From Octopus vulgaris (lineage: Eukaryota): 64,000 nt of DNA. Made by a program: the position numbers and the translations under genes. Shown here one piece after another: positions 1-12,669 of this stretch; position 1 is the first letter of the stretch, and each line of letters begins with the position of its first letter. The notes beneath the pieces were generated by a model, which saw only the letters and a list, made by a program, of their open reading frames with translations, was not told where the DNA came from and did no database searches. The stretch covers positions 63,178,001-63,242,000 of the forward strand of contig OX597825.1 in NCBI GenBank assembly GCA_951406725.2, given 5' to 3'.

Positions 1-272
1 TACAAAATCCTACCTTGGGGCTTATTTGAATCCCAACCAGCGAGAATAATGTGTCAACCTTTATCTACACATTCAAATTCTGAATTCCGATGTCATGCAG
101 AGTGTTTATGAGAAAAGACCAGTAAATTGAACCACAGCAAAAGACCGGATATAGGTGAGCAAATTGAAATAATTAAAAAGGAATGTAATAATACATTTGA
201 ATGCGTAGATAAAGGTTGACACATTATTCTTGTTGGTCAGGATTCATATAAGCCCAAAGGTAGGATTTTGTA
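1..272. repeat. Inverted repeat (foldback element, truncated by the window edge)
   Basis: 1-78 is an imperfect reverse complement of 195-272. Confidence 0.75.
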
Positions 273-815
273 TCAATTTGTATCTACAGGAATATTCACC
301 TGAAAAGAGGAAAGGAACCATTATCTTGTTTATCTTTGTTATTTTACAATGCCGTATATAGTAGGGTATAATAGGTTCCTAACCTCAAAATTGCAATAGA
401 GAATTAACTGTTTATTTTTAAATTTTAGATTTTATATGTCATGTCACTCACAGAGAGTTTTATTCCGAGGAGATATAACATGAGTGAAAGTAGTGGCTTT
501 ATAGTCGTTTTTGACTGCTATTTCTAAACATGTAAGGGTTTCTACAACCCTCTCCATTATAAATGTGATTTATTCATAATTAAAAACACTCTTCTTTTAT
601 GTAATTTATGATTGCATGTTTGCCCATTGATATTCATAGATAATTATTAATTGTTTATGATATATCCTTCGTTTTTTTCCTTTCCTTTCTTTCCACATAA
701 ACTCTTCTGTCTGCCTACACCACACTTAAATTTCCTTTCACATTATTCAACATAACAAGGAGCACCCTGCCAAAAATTTCCCTATATTATATAGCATAAA
801 AGACCAAAGTAAACC

Positions 816-859
816 ACACTCAGAGGATTACTTGCAAATTGAAACTTCGAAGTCACTGT
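816..859 (+). ncRNA. Degenerate hammerhead motif
   Basis: acact-CaGAGGA...GAAA-cttcgaag-TC-actgt; palindromic helix III and GUC are intact, while the core U4 and helix II are decayed. Confidence 0.45.
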
Positions 860-2717
860 CAACCTTTCCCTTGTAAAAATTAATTAATATGTGCTCTACT
901 AAATAATGTTTATCGATTCCTCAGTATTACATTAAATTGTTTTTATAGCATCACATAAAAACAAAGTTAATATGCATGCATATATATGTATATAAATATA
1001 CACACACATACGTATATACACATATACTCAAAAATAGATAGAAGAAGAAAGAAAGAGAGAGATCATGAAAGAGAGGTGAGAAGAGATTAATAAGAACAAT
1101 TATAAATAATAAAAAGCAAGCAATAATAGTGACTCTATTTGAAATAATATAATTTTAAGAATGGAAAAAAAAAACAGAAGCATTTTGTATTACTGAGTTG
1201 GTTTGATATCAGTTTTGAATTATGATTTAGAAATTGGTTTTTCACTTCATTTATTTTAAGGGATATTACAACTCATATTTTTCAACTGGATAATCCCATA
1301 AACATTGTTATTTAAGAATGGCTGGTCCTCAATTTTACAGTATTCAATTATCGTCAGAAATATAGTTTATTGAAGACAGCTAGAAATAAATAAATATATA
1401 AACAGAGATATTCTCTTTATTTTTTATCAGATATTTTCTGATTTTCTGCAAGAGTTTTGGTCACACACTGGAGCCATATCTAGATCAAATAGAATCCAAT
1501 AACTCATTGTGTAATTGTTGCTGTATAGCTCCAGGTTAGTTTTGATTGATTGAGAAGACCTACAATATTAATTGTATGTGATGATTTAAATGTATAGTTT
1601 TGATATTTTGTTTATAAAAGTGGAGTCACTTTTTAAATTGAAATTAAAATTGTTTCCATTGATAAAACAACCTGAATGTTTGGATGAAGGAATCAATATT
1701 ATTCCATCTGAAATACCATCATCCACATTTAATGACCATTTTCCATGCTGGCATGGGTTGGATAACTTGACAGAAGCTGGCAAGGCCAGGAACTGCATCA
1801 GGTTCCATAGTCTATTTTGGCATAGCTTCTACAGTTAGATACCCTTCCTAATGTCAACCACTTTACATAGTGTACTGGGTGCTTTTTAAGTGGCAGCATT
1901 TTGCTAAATAATTTTTACTTTCAGAGTTCAAATCTCAGCAAGATCAATTTTTGCTTTTTACCCTTCTAGAGCAGGTATAGACAATTAAATTGACTCCAGT
2001 ACATTAATGTACAGGGCTTGATATAATTGTCACCACCAGTGGCAGTGACCCAGCCTGGCCATAACCCAGTAAATAAAATCAGTGAAAGAAAAACAATTGC
2101 TTCCATTGATGAAGTAAGTCATGCATATAGTTTAGCAAGAACATGGTGTAGTGGTTTGGATGCAGAGGTCATAATCATTAGGTAAGGAGTTCAATTCTCA
2201 GACCAGGTGGTGCATTGTGTTCTTGAGTAATGCAACTCCATTTAACATTCTTTCACTTCATTCAGCTGAAAATGAGTACCAACAACAATGGAGAAGTCAA
2301 CTATGAGATAGACCGCTGTACCGTTCAGGCAGTGTCTCACTTACTTAAATACCACAAAACTCTGAAAATCTCAGGTTTATAGTCTCCAGACAAACTCCAA
2401 TTTTTAAATGCACTTTTTTTAAAGATTTGAACAAAATATAGCTATGGGTGAAAAAATTTACTGCAATGTTAAATAAAATCTTCAGCAGTTTCAAATTTAC
2501 ATTTCTGCTTATCTTGTGTTCCAAACCAGCTGAGTTTAAATTTGGCCCTTATATTTATGGGAATTATGGAACGAAATATTAGTTTTCCAAATATTTGATC
2601 CTGTGACCTACATTAACAAGACAATATTTAGATAAATCGTTGAAGAAAATTGGAAGAAATGGAATTAAGTATTTAAGATAAAAGTATTTAAGATAGAACC
2701 TCTGCTTCCTCCTCCTT

Positions 2718-2754
<37 letters not shown>

Positions 2755-3347
2755 CTACATATCTCTTGCAGTATTGCTTTGTTCCAAGAGAGGGAAAAGG
2801 AATGTGAAAGTGAAAGTGGGAGAGAAGTCATCACTAAAGCATATTTGTTTGTAGACTGTTGAAAGAATGCAGAGGTGAGCAAAACAAAAGTAGTTCTAAT
2901 ATAAGAGAATGTTGTTACCAAGAAGATATGTGTGCTATCGATCTGAAGTAAGTGAACTGTTACTGGAAGTAGTTCATTGACAAGAAAAGAAAATATAATA
3001 TTGATTTTATTGCTGATTAGGAAGTTTGTGCTGGGTCTGAAATGGATGATCACTGCAAGGAATTCACTTGTCTCCTTGGTAGATAAGGCCAGAAGCATTC
3101 CAGCACAATTAATAGTATATGAAGTGTAACTAAAGTAACTACAATGTGTGTATGTCTGTGCTTGTGCTGATATGTATGTATGCATTATGTACACATGCAT
3201 GTATGCATGTCATTATTCAGTTTTATTTCAAGATTTCTTGCCAATAGAGAAAGGGTCAGTTTCTAACCTAGATCCAAGACTCCTTCATTAGAATTTAAAC
3301 AACATCAACATGGTATTTTTGCATGTTTATATATATATATATATATA

Positions 3348-3732
3348 TCTTTATATATAAAAGTGAAGTTGTGTGTCTGTCACCTACGATTTAGATTCCT
3401 AACTACTCCCACATTTTGCAGTGCAGTTTAACCAAAACCCGGTATCTTATAGTTGTGATTCATATCGAGCCCTTCTGGGTATTAGCATGCATCTACGATG
3501 AATCTACGATTTAAAACAATTTACCATCATTTTTTTCCATTTTAATGCATTTTTTCGCTATTATATAAGGAAAGTAACTCTCTAAAAATGTCTAAGATGA
3601 GTCAACGATTTAAAAAAAAATTTACCATAATTTTTTTTCCATTTTTAATGCATTTTTTTGCTATAATTCTCTAAAAATGCTTATATAGTTATTTCCCTTA
3701 CAAACCCGAGCAATGCCGGGTGATGCTGCTAG
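3348..3732 (+). mobile_element. Non-autonomous Helitron
   Basis: 5' TC, 3' hairpin cccgagcaatgccggg followed by CTAG; A|T insertion site; ends shared with 60988-61381. Confidence 0.8.
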
Positions 3733-4099
3733 TATATATATACATATATATACAGTATTTGGAGTCAGTTCTTCTTCCAGGGGTAACAAATATGGTATGC
3801 TACTATTCTCATTGAGAGCTTGTGTATGTATGTCATTATTCAGTTTATTTCAAGATTACTTGTCAATAGAGAAAGAACCAGTTTCTAACCTAGATCCAAG
3901 GCTCCTTCATTGGAATTTCAACATCAGCAACACGGTATTTTTGTTTGCATGTATGTATGTATGTATGTATGTATGTATGTATGTATGTATGTATGTATGT
4001 ATGTATGTATGTGTGCATGTATGTATGTATGCATGCATATATGTATATATGTATGTGCAGATTTATATGTTTTATGTATGTATTCTCATTCATATAGTT

Positions 4100-4239
4100 A
4101 CATATCTAGACTGATATTTTTCCTCATCTTGTTTGTTGTTAACACAATGTTTCGGCTGTTATACCCTCCAGCCTTCATCTGGTGTGTTGGGAAAATTTCA
4201 AACCTGGTTTCTTCTTCCTAAGGTATTTTTCAATGTTGA

Positions 4240-4274
<35 letters not shown>

Positions 4275-4316
4275 CCACCACCACCACCACCACCACCACC
4301 ACCACCACCATCATCA

Positions 4317-4373
<57 letters not shown>

Positions 4374-4790
4374 TTACTGCCTGGAATCGAACTTAGAATC
4401 TTGGGATTAGTAGCCTGCACTCTTAACTACTATGCCATATGCCTGTGTATGTATGTATGAATGTAGGTATATATTTATGTGTGTGTGTGTGTGAATGCAT
4501 GTAATTATGTATGGGCATATACATAGTGCATTCAAAAAATATCTAACTTTATTTTTCTCTTTACGTTATTTACATTTGACAGATATTAGTCCTCATCTTG
4601 TTTGCTGTTAATACAATATTTTGGTTGATATGCCCTCCAGCTTTCATCAGGTGTCTCGGGGCTGGAGAGTATATCAGCTGAAACATTGTGTTAACAACAA
4701 ACAAGATGAGGAGAAATACCTGTCAAATGTAAATAATGTAAGTAATGTAAATAATGTACATAATTCCTCATCTTTTAAATATAGAACTGT
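4100..4790 (-). mobile_element. tRNA-headed element with tandem minimal hammerhead motifs and an inverted terminal copy
   Basis: Minus strand: HHR at 4655-4610, tRNA-like head 4443-4369 (A box TGGCATAGTAGT, B box GTTCGATTCC), trinucleotide tract, second HHR at 4186-4141 (cacac-CaGATGA-a-ggctg..cagcc-GAAA-ca-tt-gtgtt). An inverted plus-strand partial copy occupies 4660-4790. Confidence 0.7.
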
Positions 4791-4974
4791 TTTATTTTTC
4801 TCCTGCCCAAACTAAGGCTGCATGGGAAAAATCTTTTGGATGGGAAGTGGTTCCACCCTTTCTGCACATGCATGAAAATTTTTATACCTGCAGACTGTGT
4901 CATTTCTTAACCGTTATGCCTAAAGTACAGATGTACAGTGTGAGTATAATTGATTTTCGTTTTCTTTGAAGGCA

Positions 4975-5272
4975 TTGAACAAAGATATTGCATCAAGTTT
5001 TGTTAAAGGCTCGGTGATACTCAAGCACAAGTCACCCAAAAGATTTAGCATGGCTTTGGTGATGATACCATGGGCAAAACTCTGATCAAAAAGTGGTGGT
5101 ACATTTGTTTCATATATGGCTGTGTCTCAGTAGAGAGTCAGACACACTTAGGCAAAACATCCACAAACCGAAATGAGGAGCGTATTGAGAAGATTTGGTG
5201 GAAAGACATGGAAGAATGTCCTGTAACAACTTGGGAAATTGCTCATGAAGTGGGATTAAGCACAGGATCAGG
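4975..5272 (+). pseudogene. Mariner transposase N-terminal HTH fragment
   Basis: EQRYCIKFC*RLGDT...TTWEIAHEVGLSTGS, similar to the N-terminus of the 13.8 kb mariner. Confidence 0.75.
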
Positions 5273-5504
5273 TGGGCAAAAGTAAGATATTAAGAGATAT
5301 TATATCTGCTCACAAAAGTAATCTGTGTGGTAAGTGTAGACTAGGGATGGTCAGCCTGATCTCTGTGAGTCGCATGCAGCCTGCAGACTTTTATCTTTGC
5401 GGTCTGCTTGATACTTTCTTGAAATGGGTGACTTATTTATTGTGTTTAATTTCAAAATAAAATTGTTTGTGTAAAATATTTGTTTTACATTTATGTAAAA
5501 TATT

Positions 5505-5752
5505 TATAGTGCATTTTCGAAAAACAAGTAAAGAGTCGATATCCTCCACCATCATCACTACTCTTGTAGAGTAGTGGAGACTGTTTTAGCTGAAGAATGG
5601 ACAAAAATTCCTTTGGAAACAATTTAAACTTTGTACGAGTCTGTACCTCAAAGAATTCAAGCTGTAATTACTGCCAAATGTGATCCTACCCCATATTAAA
5701 ATAAATTTGTTTGCAATTTTGAGGTGTTTCCATTATTTTGTCCAACTCCTAT
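5505..5752 (+). mobile_element. Tc1-like transposon 3' end
   Basis: LAEEWTKIPLETI*TLYESVPQRIQAVITAKCDPTPY* followed by TIR-like ccattattttgtccaactcctata. Confidence 0.75.
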
Positions 5753-6399
5753 ATGTAGTAAATGTTAAAAATTTTAAATTTTAATATCTATATGTTAATG
5801 CATAATAAGGACATAAAGAAATTTAGATGAGAAAGTAATGAAGTATAAACTAAAAATTTGATATTTATATATTCAACAAAGATATCAAGAAATGAAGGAG
5901 GTAATATTGAGCAAAAGTGTGTGGTAAGTTATTGCATAATGATGTTTGAAGTGAAGATAACCAAAATCTAAGTAAGAAACTAATGATCAAGTATATTTTA
6001 ATGTGACAAACAGAAGAAGCTGGGTAGCATTTTAGTTAATTAAGCTAACGAATCAGGTGGGTGTAAGCTGCATTGATAGAGTCAAAGTTTGATACATCTA
6101 TCGAAAAATTAGAAAGTTTCGAAGAATCAGTGAATGCATGAGATAATAATGTCGTTATGGCAGTTCAATAGGTAATGGGGGTTATGCTTTAAGATTTCCA
6201 TCTTTCTAACATAAATTGTATGAAGCATCATTTCCCTAATATAACTTTCTAGTATCGACGATACACCATGTAATTATACATGGTATGCTATCATTGTTCA
6301 GGTTATGTACTTGGTTACACAACGAGGCAAAATTATTGAGTTTAGTAGAAGTAAATGAACTGAAGTGAACTAAATATTGCTGCTTAAAGTAAACTGTAG

Positions 6400-6571
6400 G
6401 CGCAGGAGTGGCTGTGTGGTAAGTAGCTTGTTTACCAACCACATGGTTCCGGGTTCAGTCCCACTGCGTGGCACCTTGGGCAAGTGTCTTCTACTATAGC
6501 CTTGGGCCGACCAAAGCCTTGTGAGTGGATTTGGTAGACGGAAACTGAAAGACGCCCGTCGTATTTATGTG

Positions 6572-6606
<35 letters not shown>

Positions 6607-6815
6607 TTTGTGTTTGTCCCCCTAGAATTGCTTGACAACCGATGCTGGTGTGTTTATGTCCCCGTTACTTAGCGGTTCGGCAAAAGAGACCGATAGAATA
6701 AGTACTGGGCTTACAAAAGAATAAGTCCCGGGGTCGAGTTGCTCGATTAAAGGCGGTGCTCCAGCATGGCCGCAGTCAAATGACTGAAACAAGTAAAAGA
6801 GTAAAGAGTAAAGAG
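6400..6815 (+). mobile_element. tRNA-derived CORE-type SINE (family A), full length
   Basis: Head gcaggagtggctgtgtggtaag...gggttcagtccc, CORE-like ccttgggcaagt, internal (TA/TG)n, tail (gagtaaa)n; more than 15 copies in the window. Confidence 0.85.
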
Positions 6816-6891
6816 TATATATGAGTATATGTGTTTTAGTGATGTTCTGTTGCTCTTTAAAGACAGCGCATTTAAAAACTATGTTATACCC

Positions 6892-7032
6892 ACTCTTTTA
6901 CTTGTTTCAGTCATTTGACTGTGGCCATGCTGGAGCACCGCCTTTAGTCGAGCAAAATCGACCCCATGATTTATTCTTTGTAAGCCTAGTACTTATTCTA
7001 TCGGTCTCTTTTGCCAAACTGCTAAGTTACAG
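6892..7032 (-). mobile_element. SINE family A, 3' part
   Basis: Reverse complement of 6665-6805. Confidence 0.8.
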
Positions 7033-7231
7033 GGTTATCGGTAACCCCCATTACCTATTGAACTGCCAAAGCGACATTATTATCTCATGCATTCACTGAT
7101 ACTTCGAAAATTTTTCGATAGATGTATCAGACTTTGACTCTATCAATGCAGTTTACGCCCACATGATTCGTTAGCTTAATTAACTAAATATTAAATATTA
7201 AAAAATATTAAGAAAATATCTTTGAGTTCTG

Positions 7232-7450
7232 TTTATCCTGTTTGTACTACCAAGCATACGCACGTGTGTGTGTGATATACATACATATATATGTATATAT
7301 ATTTTATGTATGTGTATGTATACTTATATATATTGTTTATTCTTTATCCTGTTTGTACTACCAAGCATACGCACGTGTGTGTGTGATATACATACATATA
7401 TGTATATATATTTTATGTATGTGTATGTATACTTATATATATTGTTTATT
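7232..7450. repeat. Tandem duplication of ~110 bp
   Basis: tttatcctgtttgtactaccaagcatacgcacg... at 7232 and 7343. Confidence 0.9.
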
Positions 7451-7451
7451 T

Positions 7452-7830
7452 CTTTTACTTCTTTCAGTTATTTGACTGTTCCCATGCTGGAGCACCACCT
7501 TTAGTCGAAGAAATCAACCCCAGGACTTATTCTTTGTAAGCCTGGTACTTATTCTATCGGTCTCTTTTGCTGGTCCAGCAAAAGGCACCGATAGAATAAG
7601 TGATGAGGATGTAAACACACCAACATCGTTTGTCAAGCGATGGTGGAGTGACAAACACAGAAACACACACATATATGTATGTATATGCGACAGGCTTCTT
7701 TCAGTTTCCATCTACCAAATCCACTCACAAGGCTTTGGTCAAGATACTTGCCCAAGGTGACACATAGTGAGATTGAACCTGGAACCATGTGGGTGGGAAG
7801 GAAGCTTCTTACCACACAGCCACTCCTGCA
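7452..7830 (-). mobile_element. SINE family A
   Basis: Homologous to 6400-6815 in reverse. Confidence 0.8.
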
Positions 7831-10004
7831 CCTCTCTATATATGTGTGTGTGTATGCGTGTGTGTGTGTATATGGATACATCTGTCTGTTTGTCTGTCTT
7901 GTCTAAAGCATCCTTTCTATTATCTCTGCCAGTTGGCCAGTTGGTGATGGTATTTAGTCCCAGTTCAAAAATAAACTGCTTAGGCCTAAGTCCAAATGCA
8001 TTTTGAAATGACCATAATTGTTAGAATGAAACTTTCCAGGAACAAGGCTGATGTGTTTTTACTTTTTTTTAAGATGGTAGAACATGATTTGAGAATTTTG
8101 TCTTCTGTCTTTAACATCCTGATTGACTACATACAGGCTGTCCTATTGATTTTCTAGAAATATTTTTGACAGACTTTTCAGTTGAATCTAACTGGAATAA
8201 GCACTATGAATTGAAGAATTGCTACACCAATAATATCTGCTATAAATGATTCGAACAGCAAAACATAAAAAAAAAAAATCTATGATGCAGTTACATTTTT
8301 TTAGAATGATTGATTATTTGGAATACATTAAAAACCAAAGCAGTGAGAAAATGTTCTAAAATTCTATTAATATTCCGTGAATAAAAAGCAAAAAAAAAAA
8401 AGAAAATTAGAACACGTTTTTGTTTTAATAAAAGGAAAATGGTCAAGTTTTCAATTTCGTAAATAATTTAGAGATTAATAATTATTCATTATAATTAGTA
8501 ATTAGAGCTTAAATGTTAACGTAAAAAATAAAATTATATAGAAAAAATATAACATGGAATGTCTAAGTCAAAAATTAATGTTTTAAAAAATATCATAAAA
8601 TAATTTCCTTGATAATTCAAAGTAGAATTGAGATATTTCGCGATACTCTTAGACATGTTTTGAGTGTTAATTTGTTTTGTATTTACTGACAACTAGATAA
8701 AGGAATTAATGACAAGCATAGAAAGGAATATTTTTCTCATTATTCATTTTCGCTTTGACATCTTTCACCTTTTGAAATTGATTCATAAGCTATGAAGATG
8801 AATTCTGATAATTAAATTCATTAGATAGTTTTAAATACAGAAGGTGAATATACATTTTTTTTTTAGTTTTACTGCTTTTATCATTATTTTTCTTTTTTGG
8901 CCGTTTGACTTGATGTAAATTAGAATAAATTTCCATTTTACTTTATTTCGCTTATTAAGTTTTTTTTAAATATTTATTTTGACCTTTTGTTACATTCTTC
9001 ACCTGAAAATTTCTTCCAACACACACACACACACACATGCACACAGATATACACACACACATACACAGAGGATAAAGTACAAATCGGGTATAAAATCAAA
9101 ATTCTTTCATTAATTTTGGAATCACCAAACTACACTGAAAAGTTCACAGCTTGTCACTTGTGTGTGTGTGTGTTTAGATTACTGTGTAATAGGAAAACAA
9201 TTAAAACACATCGTAATAAATAAATAAATAAATAAAACAAACGAATAAATAAAAATCTTTAATAAAATCTTACCGAATGTCAAAGTACTCAAGGTGAATA
9301 ATATATAATTATACAATTGACTTGTGGATCATAATATCAATCTAACAAACTTTTTTTATGAAAAGATATCATTAATGATGCAAATCTTTCGAAAATGGCA
9401 GAAACATTTCTATAGCTGGAATGGTATTGGGGCTGAGTTATTATTTTTAGAATTATGAAACAGTACATTTCTTGTTCATTTTCTTATTTTTTCTGCATTT
9501 CTTTTCCTTTCTTTTTTGTTTTGTTTTTTTTTTTTTTTTTTTTTTTTGTCACATAGTCAAATTCATGAGGGTAAAAGATTGACCCATTCAACCCGTTCAG
9601 TGAAGTATTATTTCTATAGAATAACTGACATATTGATATTATAAAACATATTAATTAAAATAGACAAATACGCAACAAAGTCAGATAAAAAAAAAATGGC
9701 TTGATTTATTTTTTAAAATGACAACAAAATTGAATGAATTTGTTTAATTACACATTCGTGGTGGGACAAAGAAACAAAAAAAAAATAAAGTATATATTAA
9801 CAAATAAAAAAAATAATTTAGCAAATTCGTTTGTGATGACAAAGATGTTTTAAATATATCATTCAGCAAAGAAAAGAAGAAAAGTTTTATTATATATCCA
9901 TGCACGTGTGTGTGTGTGTTGCTATAGACAGATAGGTATATCCACATATATTTATAAACACACTTGTATCAATTTGACAACTGATTGTTATACACTGATG
10001 GTGA

Positions 10005-10225
10005 AAATGTTCTTACAGTTCTTCCTGGTTTGCACTCCTTGTTTCCATTTTGACTCAAATCATTTAACTAATTTGTTTTCCCTTCATCGTTGGGATCCTT
10101 TGAGTAGCCTTTTCTAATATCTCAGACCACATCCAGCACTGGTTCACCACTTGTCTGTAAACCATAGAATATGTTCCATCCAACAGAACTTGCACTTTTG
10201 GAATTCTGTGACAATATCATGGTTG
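10005..10225 (-). pseudogene. Old RTE-like ORF C-terminal relic
   Basis: Minus strand DIVTEFQKCKFCWMEHILWFTDKW*T resembles the K.RWAGH...D.RWT motif; multiple stops. Confidence 0.5.
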
Positions 10226-10409
10226 ACAAATGGTGTTTACTGCAAAATGCCACGCTGATAGCACCATTCAACACAAATTACCACTTGCTAATGGTAAAGT
10301 ACATGCTCTATTTTCTCTGCCAGTTGGCCATGGTATTTAGTTCTAGGTGAGCTGGCAGAATCTATAAGGCAGTGAGCTGGCAGAATCGTTAGCACACTGT
10401 GTGAAATGC

Positions 10410-10571
10410 TTCTTCTTCTTCTTCTTCTTCTTCTTCTTCTTCTTCTTCTTCTTCTTCTTCTTCTTCTTCTTCTTCTTCTTCTTCTTCTTCTTCTTCTTCT
10501 TCTTCTTCTTCTTCTTCTTCTTCTTCTTCTTCTTCTTCTTCTTCTTCTTCTTCTTCTTCTTCTTCTTCTTC
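10410..10571. repeat. Pure (TTC)n microsatellite
   Basis: Uninterrupted TTC tract of ~160 bp. Confidence 0.98.
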
Positions 10572-10964
10572 AACACATGTTTTTGTATTTTTATGTAATT
10601 TTCCTTTTTTGCACATATTCTTTTTGTATCTATACTTGTAAGGAAATATTTTTGCTATATAAGCAAGCAGTAAAAACCTTTTTTTCAGTTTGAAAGTGGT
10701 TGTTTGAAGCTTGAAACTTGTAACCAGAGTAAACATTATTATTAAAATAAAAATGATTCAAAACAAGACATCACTAACCATTTTTTCAAATATATATTAC
10801 TGTACCAAGAACTTTTGTCTTGTTATTCTACTATATATATATACATCCAGAGATATACAGATGTATATACAGAGATATACAGATATACATGTATTCCACA
10901 TGTGTATATTGTGTGTATTTATATATATCTCTCTCTATATATATATATATCTTACACACATGTG

Positions 10965-11010
<46 letters not shown>

Positions 11011-11014
<4 letters not shown>

Positions 11015-11320
11015 TTAATAAGGGTGAGAGAATTAGATACTAATTTAATAGTATATTTATTCCACACCAAGTGGCCTAGTGCTACGAGAAACCTGGATTA
11101 TTATAATATTTTATAACATATTATAATATTTTCACAAAATAAATATAAGAGAGTGGTCACTATATTGATCACTCTAGCACCAGTTAATCAAAGGTTTCAA
11201 CCACGAAAACACATGTTTCCCATGAAAGCCAGTACGACTGTTAGCTCACACGGACAGGGCAAATAAAAATAACAAAAATACAGATTATTTTGGGACAATT
11301 GTTTCGCTATTAATGAATTA
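11011..11320 (-). mobile_element. Penelope pLTR-like relic with the 3' half of an HHR, related to 51130-51525
   Basis: Minus strand gc-GAAA-caattg-TC at 11307-11294; shares aatct.tatttttgttatt and agggtga...acacca.gtgg.ctag motifs with the 51 kb element; flanked by (TA)n. Confidence 0.5.
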
Positions 11321-11329
11321 AATGTAATT

Positions 11330-11352
11330 AAATGAATTAAATGAATTAAATG

Positions 11353-11414
<62 letters not shown>

Positions 11415-11443
11415 GTAATTAAATGAATTAAATGAATTAAATG

Positions 11444-11504
<61 letters not shown>

Positions 11505-11889
11505 TATTTATATATATACATATATATTTATATATATACGCAAGAGAGAGAGATACAAATGTATATCTATATGTATATGTAGGTAATATATATGTATATG
11601 TATGTACATACATGTATATATATATGAATATATATATATATATGTATATATATATGTATACATATATATATATACGTGTATATATATATATATGTATACA
11701 TATGTATATATATTTGTATGTGTATATATATACGTATATATATATATGTATATATGTGTATATATATATATATATTTGCATATATATACGTATATATATA
11801 TATATATATATCCTATATATACATATACATACACACACATATATATAGATATATGTATATATCTATATATATATATATATATATATATA

Positions 11890-11941
<52 letters not shown>

Positions 11942-11969
11942 TTTATACATATATGCATATGCACACAAA

Positions 11970-12001
<32 letters not shown>

Positions 12002-12010
12002 ACATGTGTG
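11330..12010. repeat. Long degenerate (TA)n/(CA)n/(GA)n microsatellite
   Basis: Direct inspection; similar tracts at 16225-16775, 33380-33840 (TACA) and 57240-57725. Confidence 0.95.
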
Positions 12011-12266
12011 TATATTTATTAGACACCTCATTACACCTATTTCTCATTCAACTTTTCAACTTCTCACCCGCACCACATTTCTTCCCAAGCATCCTAAATA
12101 TGCATGTAGCAATACATCTTTCATACTCTCTGTTACATTGTAACCTCTCCAAACCCTGCAAAACGTTTTTACTCTCCTTATGCTCCCACACACTCAAGGC
12201 CCCTGATTAGTCTTGCAATGTGCATGGTAACAAAACCAGTGATAAATCCTATGTAAAAGAAAAGCA

Positions 12267-12669
12267 TACTCTCTTTTACTTGTTTCAGCCATTTGACTGA
12301 GGCCATGCTGGAACACCGCCTTTAGTCGAGCAAATCGACCGCGGGACTTATTCTTTGTAAGCCTAGTACTTATTCTATCGGTCTCTTTTGCCGAACCGCT
12401 AAGTGACGGGGACGTAAACACACCAGCATCGGTTGTCAAGCAATTCTAGGGGGACAAACACAGACACACAAACACACACATACATATACGTATATATACA
12501 TATATACGACGGGCTTCTTTCAGTTTCTGTCTACCAAATCCACTCACAAGGCATTGGTTGGCCCGGGCCTATAGTAGAAGACACTTGCCCAAGGTGCCAC
12601 ACAGTGGGACTGTACCCGGAACCATGTGGTTGGTTAGCAAGCTACTTACCACACAGCCACTCCTGTGCC
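12267..12669 (-). mobile_element. SINE family A, full length
   Basis: Homologous to 6400-6815 in reverse. Confidence 0.85.

Larger units (their letters stand above)
6031..7188. mobile_element. Foldback/MITE-like element with ~150-bp inverted termini, interrupted by SINEs
   Basis: 6031-6184 is an imperfect reverse complement of 7042-7188. Confidence 0.7.

Noticed and set aside
2688-3200. 170-aa hydrophobic minus-strand ORF
   Set aside because: It begins and ends in microsatellites and has no recognisable motif or splice support.
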